Shown: positions 24,446-39,283, counted from the first letter of the stretch. The stretch is DNA of 64,000 nt from Lingula anatina (GCA_051362555.1 CM120643.1:9176001-9240000), one strand, 5' to 3'. The notes: generated by a model not told the origin, from the letters alone. Numbers and translations are program-made.

Positions 24446-24745
24446 AGTGTCACGTGTTGGCCCACGGTACGCTGCACGAATTTATACGCAGGGCAAAGCA
24501 TTTAGAGGCTAAATTATTTTTTATCAAAATCCCAATGCCAGAAAATTTTTAGAAAAAGAGGGGAGGAGTGTCTCGTAGGAGATTGTCCAGGTAAATAATG
24601 CGGTTTCTCCCGGCGCATCGATCTTTCTTTTGATGAGATAACACGAGGGGAAGTGCCGTACTGTACATGTACATAACACTTCTTTCACACCTGGACAAAG
24701 ACTAGGACTTACTTTGTTATAATTATTTCAGCTTGTTCTTCTTAA

Positions 24746-25445
24746 GGATATTGTCACCCTTCGCCCAAAACACCTTATTTACTGCCTTTCATACATTCCT
24801 TTGGATAATAGATAAATCTTCAGTGTTCAGTGATTAAATTAATTAACATTTACACATATATCATCTTACGGGTCACGTCATAATTGCGATTTCAGGGTAA
24901 AAACTAAAATAATCGATTTTTCAAATTTCGCTTTTACCTAAGTACCCATGATCACTGTTTCAACGGCGATTTAATGACACCATTTAGTACTCCATAACCC
25001 TGCCAGCGATTTTTCTTAAAAGTATTAGTTCAGATTTTATCGTTGATAATACAAAATAATGCCTTTGTTTAATGAAAATCTGTAATTAGGGACTCATAAC
25101 TCCACAACAAAAACATTTAAACCAAATTGATGGCTAGAGATTGTAGCCTACACACTCGCAGTCAACTTTGCCAATTTTCGTGATAAAATCTTGTTCAGGG
25201 ATGAAGTTATGCCCCATAGCGATTGCTATCTCACCTCAAAATAGAAAGATTTTAAATTGGAGATTAAAGCCTTCAGTTGCCTATGCTTATGCATTGCAAC
25301 GAGAAATATAAACGCCGATATCTGATATTTTTGAGGGTTTTTTATTGCTTTAAATCAACGGAAAGGTAGATGCATTATTAAATAATTAGATGCAGGAAAA
25401 ATTTCATTTTCGGTATCTGGATGATAATGAAGGGTTAAAATATCC
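24746..25445. mobile_element. Kolobok-like non-autonomous DNA transposon
   Basis: TTAA|ggatattgtcacccttc ... gaagggttaaaatatcc|TTAA (15/17 TIR match, TTAA TSD, purine-purine terminus). Confidence 0.8.
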
Positions 25446-26067
25446 TTAAACTGACATTCAAGCCGAAGCACAGCTTTACACTTCAACAGAATAGACACGT
25501 TTCACGACTTTGGTACCCTGAGTGTCAGAGCAACGTAAAAGCTAGCTTGTTAAATATATACCTTGTGATGGAGTCGGTATTGTTGATATGGGTTATATAT
25601 GAAATCAAGATCGAGCTGACAATACCGGAATCTAGAACCTAGGGTAGACTTTGGTGGCTAATTGGTGCCTTGTTAGAGATGGTACAGTTATATGATGCGC
25701 ATTTTCCCTGCACAAAGGTACCTTGGGGAAGTGTTGTAAACGAAGTGGATTTCACACGTGATAAAGACTTGCCTTGGTTATTGTACAGGTAGTATGTATT
25801 GACATGGTGCAAGTGCCGACTGCTCAGACTACCGACCTTAAGCTAGTGCTTAGTCGACTCGAACGCTGAAAAATCCAACTCCAAGACAACCGCATTTTAA
25901 AATTCGGTCACTGTTTAATATGATGTACGTCAATTTAGATTTGGCAATTGTCAGTCACATTTGGATATTTGTACAGCAACCGAAGTCTTTCACAATAAGC
26001 CGCAGTTTTTCCATTCCCGATAGGCACTATAGTATTGAAGCGGTTCACAACACCCTGAAGAGTTTAA

Positions 26068-26293
26068 CACCCCATTTCCATAGATTTTTAGATCGATCTA
26101 TCCCTGTGGGGAGTCTCACTAGATTACTGTCAGCTTGGCCGGCTTAAGCGTCTGTCCCGCCTACTAAAAGCTGTAGGGGGGTAATTAACTATGGTGTCCG
26201 CTCGGCTGACTGCAATGTAGCCTGAACCTCCAGGGAGTTAGGTCGATCTAAAACTTAATCTTAAGATCGATCTAAATCTCTGGGAAAGCACCC
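26068..26293. mobile_element. Harbinger-like MITE family A, subfamily 2 (copy 4)
   Basis: TAA|caccccatttccatagatttttagatcgatc ... gatcgatctaaatctctgggaaagcaccc|TAA. Collinear with 30701-30914 and 57861-58075. Confidence 0.88.
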
Positions 26294-26296
26294 TAA

Positions 26297-26492
26297 AACT
26301 GCATTCACAACCAAAGTTGATCCGCGGGCTAACTGATCCACGGATCAAATTTGGCCCACCCACTTGAAAGCTTGCCGCGCAACCAAGGAGGGGAATTCAT
26401 TAAGTCATCACGCGGAAAGCTTTCAAGAGGGTCGGCCATATTTGGTCCACTGATCAATTAGTCTGTGGATCAACTTCGTTCAGAACAGATCC
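26297..26492. mobile_element. Harbinger-like MITE family C, abutting the previous element
   Basis: TAA|aactgcattcaca ... gaacagatcc|TAA. Similar to 22879-23048. Confidence 0.75.
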
Positions 26493-29400
26493 TAATATGC
26501 GACAAACCATTGTCAAGTCCCACTGCATTCTTGAATATTTCAACTCCCCTAAGGACAAAGCCCACAGGTAATTACTCCTGGGCTTCATGGTAATGTAAAT
26601 TGCTAGTAGGTGAAAATTTATTATGCACTTTTAGCAAAAAGGATTGCCTCATTAAATGTTAACTGTCATGTAGAAGACAGTCTTTGTTTGGCTGAACTGC
26701 CACTTCAGCGTTTCATCTAGACGGCCTCTCTCTCTCTCTCTCTCTCTCTCTTCACCCGCTTTAATTCCATATAATTGCTGTTCAGCTATCTTCTAGTGAT
26801 AAATTCGTTTCACAACTACGCCATCATGCAAATACATTCTATTCGATTACAATGCACTCTTCGCTGCACTGCCTTGTCTTCGATACCCATTTAATCGCCT
26901 TGCGGTTAGAATGCATTTTTAAATGGAACGTAAATTGCCAATAGGCTGAAAGCTCTAAGTCATCACTAAGTAATTCAAAATTCGAAGAACTGGTGCATAT
27001 CCTCTTCTTTCACGCTGCAGATGTTTATTTCAGATTTTATCTTAAAAGTACATATGAAACGAGCACCGGTGGAGCGTGGATTCCCAGTAACACATATAAA
27101 CCACTTCTACTAGTTTCTTATATGACTCAAATGAATTCAACATGCTATGGTGTAAACTGAATAAATCACTTTATCAGCCATAAAAGAGCTTTAGACTGCT
27201 CCTTTCTTTAAATTTTGGTCAGAAATTTAACCTACTTTCGTGACCTACTTTTCTGTCCCATTGGTATACAGCATAGAATGCTAGCAGAAAAATCCGTCCA
27301 AATATCATTTTTTGGGTAAAATTAAACAATGCCTTTTGGTAACTCTCTTAGTTATACTACTTGAAACTATATGCTGGCATTTGGTTGCCTTTTGTGGCAA
27401 AAAAATTGACTTCATATGCATCTTTAAGTCTCCGTGTTGGTAACCTAGTGTAATAGGTTACTAAATTAATTGCATTGCCTATAAGAAAAATCTTTAAGTC
27501 TCCGTGTTGGTAACCTAGTGTAATAGGTTATTACAAAGCTATAATGTGTACTTAGCAATAAGCTAGCTACCTGCAATTGTGTTTTACATGTACAATACCG
27601 GAGAAAACAGCACGTGCATGCGTGAGTGTGTGCGTAAGTGCACGCTCGTGAAGTGCGTGTAAGAGAGTGCACGTTTACGCGTATTTGTTTAAGTATTTCA
27701 ATTTGAAAACTTTTGACAGAACCACTAAATTAATTTCATTACCTATAAGAAAAATATTCACCATATTCCCCCAAAAAAAGGGAAGAGCCATACACAATCA
27801 CAAATACAATTACCGCTGAGGAAGGAAAACAACAGCGCGTAGTATGTCCATCAATAGAATTTCCAAGAAAAAACTTGAATGCACCCGCAATGAAGTCATT
27901 ACAATCTTTGATAATCAATTACTAAAAGACTGAATTGCTAATATTGCCTCTTAGGGCTTAAAGGAGAACATTCACCAATACATGTAATATTCATATATGT
28001 GCATATTTCACGTTTTGTGTATACTTTATCTAGTCTTTAAGTTCACACCTATTTTCCCGGACTGAAATAAAATTGTAGGACTAAATAGGTCTTTAACCGA
28101 ATATCACACAAAGCTGTGTTAGTGTCGTATATTATTTTTCACAAACAAAAATTAACTTACCATGCAGTCTCATGCAAGGTGGTCAACAAACATTCCCGAC
28201 GCTCCCGGTATCCATTTGTTTCTGTCAGTTTCTTTTTCCCAATATAGATTTACACTTTACTTAATGTCTGGATGCGACTAGAACCCATCCAACTGAAGCC
28301 GGAATAATGTGACTGACGTCACTAAGGAGAGATCTACAGTTTTACAAAGTCTTTATTAATGAACGGTTGTCGTTACAGTTTCTTCCGCTAGGTAATATTT
28401 TATTTATTCCGAATTGTGAGCAGAAGCAGGAGAAATTAAGAAAACATTTTTCCTTTTCCATAATATCAGCGAGTCAAACAGTCAACATTGAATAAGAGAG
28501 AGAGATAAACATATTTACAGACATCGCTATTTTATTTGTTTGCTCAAAAAGCTGTGACTGATCTGAACGCCAGGTAAGTAAATTTCTCACTCAAGCCTGC
28601 CGTGAGCAGACAGTCGTACGGAACATGTTCCACGTCACAAACATGCATGTAACTGTACATGTGCATGTGCACATTTGACATTAAGATCGAATTGTAAGAG
28701 CACCAATCCGTAATCAGAACGCCATTAGACAACATTGACCTTGTTAGTATGACACTTTTTTTCCCTGAATGGGAAATTCCTCTTCTTCTGTTGACGTCAC
28801 CTAGTTAATTATTCCTGTTTGATCTGGACCAGGGTTGAATGCACCTTTGTTTTCATTTAACAAATTAGACAAATGGCCGAGGGAAATCACTAGTGAGAAA
28901 CTGGTACCAAAAGTCTTTGCTCTTCTATACGCATGAGATAATATTTCCCAAGGGGGCTGCGTGTTATAGGAATCGCTTGCTGCTACTTTCCTTTTTTTAT
29001 TTCAACGATCTTTGACTGCGGCTGAATGCCTCAAAGGGAAAACAGTCACGAAACATGGAATAGCTTTCAGGTTGTATAGTATGGTTTAAGCTGGGTGTCG
29101 ATTTTCTAATTTGTTTGAAGTGATGGCACATGTGCGACTTAAGACCCGCAGTCAAGGGAGATGGCGATTTGATTTGTCCCTATCGTAGTGACTTTTTTAA
29201 AATAGTCTGATTAAATTCGTATTTGACCTTAAATTCAATTATGTAATCAAAACCACCCGGTAGATATGAGCATAGTGCGCTTTGGGATTACTAAAACCAT
29301 TAATACTACACCATGTAATATTAGATTTGGTGGAAGCTCGCTGCTCCAAAATGTAGAGGGGTGGCTGTCGTTTCTTTTCTTTTTATTTTATCTGTCTGTT

Positions 29401-30544
29401 TTAATCCTTTTTTTTTTACAATTATTACGAAATTTATAACCTCCGTGAAAAAAATAACATTATAAAAGATACTTAATACGGCCAAGGACAAGTACTAGTG
29501 GAATCGGTCAAGGACAAGTGCGCCAAGTGTCTGCCTTCAGAAGTTCCAGGCCAATTTTCCTTTTTGTGATGTCAGATTTTATGCTAAAGTGTCTTTTAAC
29601 ACAGTTTCACTCAAACATATAACATTTTATTATCATTATAATGTTCTTAACATTCTATGTACAACTTCAATTCACTGGGTTGAAATCTTAATAAATCATT
29701 ATTATTATACTATAGATAATCTTTGCTTCACTTCAAGTGGTGACAATGGTCATGGCTTAACAAGTTAATCTGGCATAGCCCTCAGCCGTGATCGTTTACT
29801 TATTTTAGGAGTGCGTGTTTAGAAATGTCAGAATCACTGTCAGAATTCTTCAGAATCACCAAGTCTTCCCTTGAGTTTCACATTTAAACAGCCTTTAAAT
29901 GGACTAAGGCCACAGAAAGATCTTTTTCACCAGATATTGACAGATATTTATTTGGCTAATCAGAGACCTATGGTACAATTATGCGTAATGATGATTCCAA
30001 CAATACTGAAGTCAACTTTAATTTGCCAAATGCGCAAAACTAACATTGATGCGAGAACTATCGTTATTCTGATATCAGGATCGATACTTGACATTTTTGG
30101 CGATGTTTTTATTACTAAGGATGACAAATGCTGATTTTGTTTCTGTCTTTAAAATCAGACAAATAGAAATCAACAAAATGCTTTAAAAATTGTACTTTTT
30201 TCACGTCTACAGAGTTACAGCGGGATGCAAGATCGGTTAGAAAAGGCTACTGACAGCAAAAGGTTAAAACTCCATAACAAAGATAACTCGATACAAAAAA
30301 AATCATATTGGAAAACCGACACTTCGTAAATAAGCCGATTCATATTATGTTGTTTCTTGGAAAATATATTTTATCGATCCTTTGGTCTCGGATCAGTCTC
30401 TCATACCACAATAAGTAAAAACCACAAGACGTGGTATCTTCCAGTTGTAACATTTTCACAGCATCTTCACATTCTGATCTCACTTTACTTGCGTAAAATC
30501 GTTGTAATTCAGCACCGTGACCAAAACCATCCTCCTTTTCAGGG

Positions 30545-30930
30545 CCGGTGTAACGAAACTGAGGGTCTGCGTAACAGAAAGTCCGCACTCCATTTAGTTA
30601 GAATGGTTAGGGTTAGCCTTACCTGGGAGGGTCAAAATCTAGGGCGAGGCTTACCTTTACAAATGAATGCGAAGCGGACTCTATCATGGGGGCTCTCTAT
30701 GGGCGCATTCCCATAGATTTTAGATCGATCTATCCCCGTGGGGAGTCTCACTAGATTACTGTCAGATAATCCAGCTTAAATGTCCGTCCCGCCTACTAAA
30801 AGCTGTAAGGGGGTAATTAACTTTCGTGCCCGCTCGGCTGACAGCTATTTAGCGTGAACCCCCAGGGAGTTAGGGCGACTTAGTTGGATCGATCTAACCT
30901 CTGGGAATGGGGTCTATCACGTTACACCGG
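30545..30930 (+). mobile_element. MITE family B copy hosting a nested family A MITE
   Basis: Perfect 11-bp TIR ccggtgtaacg / cgttacaccgg. Body matches 8934-9111 apart from the insert at 30701-30914. Confidence 0.85.
30701..30914. mobile_element. Harbinger-like MITE family A, subfamily 2 (copy 5), nested
   Basis: TAT|gggcgcattcccatagattttagatcgatc ... gatcgatctaacctctgggaatggggtc|TAT. Confidence 0.88.
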
Positions 30931-33066
30931 AATATTATGAGGGGTTCAAGATTGGAGATCAAATTAATATCTGAGGATCGTTGAGACTACTCACATTTGC
31001 GTGTTCAGGGTTTCGAAGTTTACTGTCATCTTTGTTATCAGCATACTTTTCCCGTTTCCATTAATTGTTCAAAAAGGTTATTCTGCTAAAATGGTTTATA
31101 CAACTGTACCAGATTAATCTGTCCCAACCTCAATAGAAACGCGCCTCACGAGAAACCTCTATAATTGAATTAGAAAATTTGAAGATAAAAAGTATTCTCT
31201 TTTGCTGTTTTGAATCAAAGCAAATATCTAAACCTTTCTATTGATTAATATCCTGCGTTATTAAACAAGCCAATCTCATATGCGCCTGGACAGTTGTATT
31301 ATGTTTGGGGTCAAATCGCGGAAATTGGATGTCTTACATGTAATCCTTAAAGGACATCAATTAGATTCTTGGATTAAAGAAGCCCACTGATGGCCTGACC
31401 TATAGTCCAGTACGGGATTAAATAGAAGTCAAATACCTTCTAGGATATTAACTGATTTCATAGTTTAAAGAACCTACCTTTTATGAAACCTTCTGACTTG
31501 ACCAAAGGTACACCATACACAGCAAGCATTTTGCGGAAGGCGCACATTGTATATATTTTCCTCTTCTGTCAAAATTGCTTTTTTTATCATAAATGCAGTT
31601 TGTTCACTGCAAAGTAAGTGCAGATTTGAATAGCACGAAAACTTCACCATTTGTCGCTTTATGGTCCAATAGATAAACCAGAATAGGTTTAAAATGGCTA
31701 GGAACCCTGTCCACCCTGTATAGCAGATCTTAGTAGCACGCTATATGGCAGTGCTGAAGAACGAAGCATTGGCTGAATACCTCTAAAATTCAGGGTGCCC
31801 GATGTGCGTAGATAACAAATCACCGCTCTCTTTTTTCGTTACTGCTTACGTTAGCTGATATCTTGTCAACGAAATGTATAGTCCATGAGAAATTATAGCA
31901 TTCTTAATGACCTTTTCGCGGCCAAAAGCATTTCGTGAAATTGGGATACTCCGTTAACGAAATCTGCTCTGACAAAATGCAACCATTAACAAAGTAAGTT
32001 CGACTATGGAAGTATATTACTTTGGCTAGTTATGCACTGTAAGAGTGCTCTAATACTGTGGTGATACGCATTGCTTTTTGTAGCGCAACTACCGCAATGC
32101 CACCCAGTCTCACCTGCGGTGCTTCACAGCAGACCTATTGGTCGAAGAATTAATCTTCTTCCTCTTATTTCTTCTTCTTCTTCTTCTTCTTCTTCTCCTT
32201 CTTCTGCAAATGAGCAATTTCATAATCATGTATTATTACGTGCGGGCCTAATTATTTCACCATATGTGTTATCTTCGCTTGTATATTGCAATCTTTAAGA
32301 CTCAAATCCCAAACAGTGCAAAGACATATTGTTGTATTTATGCCTTTTTTGATTTAAGTGTTCGCACTCCATTTTTTCTCACAGCTGTCAAATTAATTTG
32401 CGACACTGATGACTGGACACTTTCTGAAAGATATACTTTTATCAACAAATACACGTAGTTGTATGATGAAAACCCAGTAAACGAACTGAGTAAATATTGG
32501 GCGTTGACCTCGAGAAGCTAATCTTTAGATGAGCAATTGACAAGATCTGGGTCGCACGAAACTGAATAAGATGGAGGACAGGTGTCAGATCCATCTGCTC
32601 CACTTGATGTACTTTTAGTGTGCTGTTAAATAGGACCATATATGCATTTTAGAAACTTAATTATTTTAATTTAAATACTTCATTATTTTTGAATGCATTT
32701 TAAATTTCCTTCATCATTTAAAATCTATTTAAACACTTGAATTAACTGTCATTTACTTCTATGTAATGAAATAATTTTATGAATTTATATTGTATTGTCC
32801 AGCTTTTTTAAAGCTACAAATGAGCAAATATAGTCAAGATTGTGACCTACACCAGATTTTCAATCATAGGGAGACATCATATTTCTTCCGGATTTAATCT
32901 TGAGTTTGGGCATTTTCTAGGCTCAAAAAAGGGAGGGGGTGGGTGGCCTCAATCCAACCACAGCAACGAATGAAGTCAATGCTGAGTGAAAAATGAAAGA
33001 AGAAATCAAGACAACGCGCTTTTTATTGAAAGTTTGATGATATAAAGGCGAGCGGTCGGTTAAATA

Positions 33067-33254
33067 CAGACACGTAGCCGGGGGAGGGGGGGGTAGAGAG
33101 GGGGTGTACAGGGGGTTCCAATGATCCCCCTCTTTTTGCTGGGAAAAAGTCCCCTCAGGGTTAAACTCTATCTAGGTACATGAAGGTTTCATTTTAAAAG
33201 GTCAACTTTTTCAGAAAAAGACCCCCCCTTTTGAAATTGCTGGCTGCAGGCCTG
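33067..33254. mobile_element. MITE family D
   Basis: cagacacgtagccgg(g)n ... ctggctgcaggcctg imperfect TIR. Related to 1-58 and 56103-56252. Confidence 0.6.
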
Positions 33255-33814
33255 AAATGATTGCTTTAGTTGCGCCTTCCTATCACGTCAGCATGTCTTA
33301 ATGCATTTACAGTACCATAACATAGGAATTAGAAAGCGCATTAAATTCATATCCGACTATATGTAATTGCATGCCATATAACTATACATTATTTATAGCC
33401 ATGTGCGATTTATGCATAAATGATAGTGTTCAGATATAATCAAACTGTATCCGTTTTTATTTCACATGTACAGATCGTGAGAGTTTCGTTCAACGCGAAG
33501 AAACAAACAGTGACAGTGAGTCAAGTTTTTCTTTTTTCTCCTCATTCCATTTTTTATCTTCAATATCATTTTCCTTTCTTTTTTTCTTTTAAGCGTAGGT
33601 TGGGGTGGGTCTCAGATCGTAATTGAGAGGGCCCTGTAGGAAAAGCACATGAATAATATGCTGGAATTTTGATAACGTTGTTTTCCCAGTCCGACCCTTT
33701 TAAAGAGTTTTTAATTTACACTACGTTTTTCTTTAGTGACAGCGTGCATCAGATTCTGGATATTTTTATTATCGCATTTGGTCGTAATTAATTGGCAGAT
33801 TGTGTAATCCAGCA

Positions 33815-33915
33815 ATCGGTTGGTCGATTGGTTGGTTTGTTGGTTGACTGAATGACTAACTAGATAAGATATTGATTGATTGATTGATTGATTGATTGAC
33901 TGACTGACCGACTGG

Positions 33916-33945
<30 letters not shown>
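33815..33945. repeat. (ATTG)n/(GTTG)n microsatellite
   Basis: Seen directly. Confidence 0.9.
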
Positions 33946-33947
<2 letters not shown>

Positions 33948-35069
33948 GGACAAAATCTGGTTTCTCTTCTCGATCGATCATTATTTGAACCTTTGTTTCG
34001 ATGTTTAATGATCAATTTCAAGTAGTGTCCCTGTTTAAAGTATATAGAACATTCATGAAAACCAGAGTCAAGTGATATGCCAGATGCTGTGTCTGTTATA
34101 GTGTCAGTATCCACACAGAAGTCTCGTTTTCACAAGCAGTGCATTGCGTACTCTAACATTGTATGCAAATTGAGACCGATGCTAAGATGAGAGCCTGATA
34201 ATCTAATTTCTGCATTGTATTTGGAGGGTGAACTGATAGCAAAACAGAACGCTCTTAACCTCGTTACTGTTGATAATTCGAGCTTCACCACCTGCTGCGA
34301 ACAATAGGCTAATTTAATCAGATGGTAACATGTGTCAAAGGTTGTTGGCAACAACAGCTACAGCATAACTAAAGGCATTTATATTTTATCTGGGCGCGTA
34401 ATAAAGAAGGCTATTTTAAAATATCAAATATTTCACGACCGAGTCATATCAGGAATTTGGATAGGACAAAGCTCTGGCATATATTTTGCCTATACATGGA
34501 CACGTGCATTCTCCAAAATAGTAACCTACCAACGATACAACGCCAAATTTCCGAATATTTGCTCAAATGAACTCATTAATTGTCATTTTTAGCAGAAAAG
34601 AGGTCCTTTACTTACGCTAAATAGTATCCAATTTTCAAATCTATCAGTTACCTATGAACGAATAAGATCTATGGCATATTTAGATGATGTAGGCCCACAC
34701 ATAATTTATTTTCTCTTATAGGTATAATTCCAGGTTGATTCAAAAGTTTGAAATACCAGACCACTGTGAAAATTTCCTTACTGCGGACATGACTTACCAG
34801 TGACACCAATATTGGTCTATCAGCTGAGAACGTCATATCGCATGTTCAGACAGATTTCTAGTCAAATTGTGATGGATTTATAATCAATAACTTATTACAT
34901 CCTCACTGGCAAATCTAGGATTTTGTTAAGATATGGGGGTGGAGGGTGTACAAATATTGTTAAATCCTCCTACCGGTATGTAAAGCAGTAAACGACAACA
35001 GTTTCACTATGATAAGTTACGCACATGACGGAAAAGACGGATATGTATCGTTTTGCCTCAGTTTTTTTA

Positions 35070-35185
35070 TCTATTTATTTATTTATTTATTTATTTTTAT
35101 TTTTATTTATTTATTTATTTATTTTTATTTATTTATTTATTTATTATTATTTTGTTTTTATTTATTTATTTATTTTTTTTTTTTT
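35070..35185. repeat. (ATTT)n microsatellite
   Basis: Seen directly. Confidence 0.9.
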
Positions 35186-37274
35186 GAAGGTAGGAAGGGG
35201 TGCCCCCGGACCAATAATTGTGGATCGAATACTAAGAAGCTCATAGAGATTACTGTTATTTCCTTCTCCTGGCTTTGGAGGACGTTTGAAAACTTCAATG
35301 TCAATATACAACCAGGTGGTATTTAACAGTGAAATAGCACACAATCCCCTCTCTCGTTACGAGAATAAAGAACTATTATTCTGCAGACCTGAAATGCGAG
35401 TATTCTTTTAAACTTTAAAGGGGATTTCCCCTGTTATTGCTTCATGGAAGAGAATGTGATATGCCACAATGGAAAATACTGGCAGTTCGGTCTATGAACA
35501 CTGGCACAAGCCCGGCACAGGATTTCAGTATCTTTTATTATTTTTGTTCTTGCTTCGTGGAAGAGAATGTGATATACCACAGCATTTTGACAGTACTTTT
35601 TTTTTTGGTGTGACTTCCGCCTTTGTCGCACGCTGACGCTACGGTGTAAGCGAGTGTCAGGTATGTCGTGCACGAAGGGAATTTTGTCGCTAAAAATAGC
35701 CTGGCCTGGAATGCGGCAGTAGTAATAGAAACGGGTAATACTTTCTATCGCCATGTGCATGTGGATGTGAATGAAGATCATAATCATAATCATAATTGAA
35801 TAATATTTTTGGCACAATTCAAAAATGCAGCTGAATCGATTTTAAGAAGTGAAACTAGTGCTTTTAACTTTCCAAAAGGCCATAAAACACATAAGCATAG
35901 ACCGTCATGTGAATCTAAATTGAAAATTGAAACTTCCTTAAGCTTGTTAAGTGTAAGTATATAAGGTCTACCTATTGTTCTAAACAGAAAGTTAAACCTA
36001 TGTAGAACAGTGGTTCGGTTTTCTGTTATATAGTGAAAATGGAAGCATGTGTCATCGCCTGCATCATCATTCAATCATTGAATAGCTTTCAAGTTTACTA
36101 GCTTGGCTGGTATAACGAGGTTTCAAATGGGCATACGGGCGTGTATTTGATGTCTCTCAATGTTTTCGGTCAAAGTAGACTTAAATTTTTCGTTATTCAT
36201 TTGTGGCAAATTCACCTAAATCACGTTATTTATTTAGGATGTAACAAGGAAGTAGATCGGGCTTTCTTGGGTGAAAAAACCTAAATGACGTCGCGTTATT
36301 AATCGGATCAACCTTCGGCTTAAGTTCCTTTCTCAGCTATAGTTAATTTTGACTAAGGTAATGTGTAAGTCACCCACGCCACGTCTACGTGTACGTCTAT
36401 ACTGTGTCATTCTTTAAATGCACTCTGGTCACAGATTTTCCGAATCTTACAGTGAATGAAAAAAGAAATCCATCCTCATCTTTTAAAAAGTTTTCTCTGC
36501 AGGCTACGAATAATACTATATATACTTTTACTAAGTGTACTTGAATATCTATCTGCTTTAATACTTTGCTTCGATTCGCTTCAGATCAGTTAAAATCTAT
36601 ATCTGTGCAAGTGGTCAACAAACATACACGTGTGACAATAATATAGACTTTAATGTGCACGGTCCACGTCAAAATCCAGACAAACAAATATTTCACACCC
36701 ACAAAGGGGGCGTGTGCTGTGTGACGTCTCAACACTAACCTTCTAATACCCCCCAAATATCTCCCCAATATCTCCAAAAGTACACGAAACACGTGGCTAT
36801 ATCGCAGGGTGATATATTGAGCACGTGGGTGGACCCCCAGGCTTATCTGTGTAATGTCCAGGGTGAAAAAAATTATTCAATGAAGAGGAAGAGGATGAAT
36901 CATCCGAATATCACTCACTGTGCAAATATGGAAGTGAGAAGAAGTTAATTGTGGTTCATAAATCAGAAGAATGCAAGTGACGATCCTCATTTACAGCTCA
37001 CCCTGCATATAAGTGATAGTGCTTAAGAGAGCTAAGTGGGGTAGAAATAAGGCACAATAGATCATTGTTAATGATATTATACGAAACGTTCAAATATGAC
37101 GTTGACCGCGCTGTGTTGATACGACGCGCGGTAACAGTGCCATAATTGGTTTTAGCGTGTTTGTCATACTGAGATTACAATATCCGTGATTTCTTTTGCA
37201 ATGTCAAGTGCTATATTTTGTTTCGTGGTGTGAGATGAGGAGAGGAGATGGGGGGCTTAACAGTCTGCTGGCAG

Positions 37275-37277
<3 letters not shown>

Positions 37278-37320
<43 letters not shown>

Positions 37321-37341
37321 TGTGTATGTGTGTGTGTCTGT

Positions 37342-37376
<35 letters not shown>
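37278..37376. repeat. (GA)n-(GT)n-(GA)n compound microsatellite
   Basis: Seen directly. Confidence 0.9.
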
Positions 37377-37380
<4 letters not shown>

Positions 37381-38203
37381 CCTGTTGGGAGTAATAGATC
37401 GATTCTTTTTAAATCATTCTCGATTCAACACTGGAGGCCCGTTTCATTATCAGTTAGAACTTGTTCTGAGAAAAAAAGATTTCATCAATATTTGAGGTTT
37501 AAAAGATTCGCATTGTAATATTATTACCTGTGCTGAAAATTGTGATAAAACGCTTTAATCAGAAAGGTCCGCCAACTACTTCCCCTTTCGGTTTGTTTTT
37601 TTTTTTTTTTTTTAACCAAAAACCAGGAAGACTGCATTAGAGATAAAAGGAGAGGATCAGGAAGTCATTTTTTATTATCCCTTGTTTCTTGTACATTTAG
37701 GAGAGCCAACAAGCCGTGAATGACTTGAAGGAGCGTTTGCAAGTTAGGCCCACTGTACATGTTTATTGAGAAGTGTGTATTTGTGTTCGTGAGTCGCGAA
37801 ACAGGCTCAACGACTTGCAACCAAAATCCGGAAACCTGATCATTGGACCGGAGTTCGTCAATTTCAATAGCACAAAAAAGAAAAAAAAAGAAAATAAAAG
37901 CTGGGATGATGAAACGAAGTCTCTCAGTGCTTGAGAATACAGACCTATGATACCACGGTCTAATTGGCGTTTATTTGTATAGAATACAGTTTATTTATTT
38001 AGAGCACTATCTTATGTGGAGCTGTTATCTTTTAGCAAACAGGCGCTCCTTCCTGCTCCCGTCTTTTACAGTGTGGTTGGCAAATCTGGATGTGCCGTGC
38101 GTGCTTGCTACGTATTGAATAATAATAATAATAATAACAATGAAAAAATTTACGTGTTTCAATTAAGGGCCGTGCTGTCCGGGATTACATTCAATCGTAT
38201 TAG

Positions 38204-38242
<39 letters not shown>

Positions 38243-39283
38243 AGTAATAAATACTGGTATATATATATACCACGAATATTTGCTCCCATCCCTCCTGTCA
38301 GTGTCCTTCCTCGCCTTCTTTCAGCCATTCTTTTCACACCCAAACCGTATATAGAGGCGCATTTCACATACTGAAATATCAAAAATATAAAATCGAGTGA
38401 ATTCAAAGTTGTATTCAATATTTTAAAACATGTGGATAGAACAAAAATTCACGGCTGTCTCAATTTTACATCTACTTTTGATTTTTACCGTGCCTTTACA
38501 TTAATTAAGGAACCTAAATAGTAACGTATGTTCTGGGTAATATAATTTTAATTTTTATATCGCGTTCCGATATATTTTGTAGCGATTCAGTCATTTGACG
38601 TAAGGATGTTTTGTTTTATAAATATTTAAACTGTAACTCAGGAAGCTTTGCGTCGTGGCTAATACTACGTGACATATGTTCCCCAGAAAAATTCTCAGAA
38701 AATTTCATCTTGCCCAAGCACTTGGTGCAATAGCAAACAGGGTTTTCTGTTGCTGACTGAAAAATATATTGTAATTCAGTGACTGTTTGACGTTTCTGAT
38801 ATAATATTTGGACATGAATGGAAATAGATAGATGCTTATTTTACTGTCAGTAGGGTGCATTTTTCCCCTTTTTTTAATATTCAGTGACAAGCAAAATAAA
38901 GTCGCTCAAAAAAATTAACTGAAGAGAAGACCATCATAATTTTTTACAACGTTATACTTGTAGGAGATTACTTAAAGAACATGATTGAATTGATGATTTA
39001 ATTGTCAAAGTAAGTAAAACGTTTCCACAGCTGGTCGTTTTGCATTTGTGACAGTAACGTGTATTCCTTTTTGGGGTTAGACGATGAGTTTTTTATTATT
39101 AATGGTTCGTGGAGAGTGAAACAAACTTCTTCATGTGGAACCCTAAAATAATCAAACACAGTTTGTAATCTGTGCACTAAATATTTTAAGAGCATGTCTG
39201 TGACCTCGATATTGGGTTTGGGTATTCATTGCAGTCTTTCAACCCAGCTCTTCAACCCCCCTCCCCCCCCCCCTCCACACACA

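Noticed and set aside
32406-32436. CTGATGA...GAAA hammerhead-like string
   Set aside because: Stem II is weak, and stems I/III and the UH site cannot be formed.
35413-35941. Possible Kolobok element (ttaaaggggatttc ... gaaacttccttaa)
   Set aside because: The TIR match is too poor to support boundaries.
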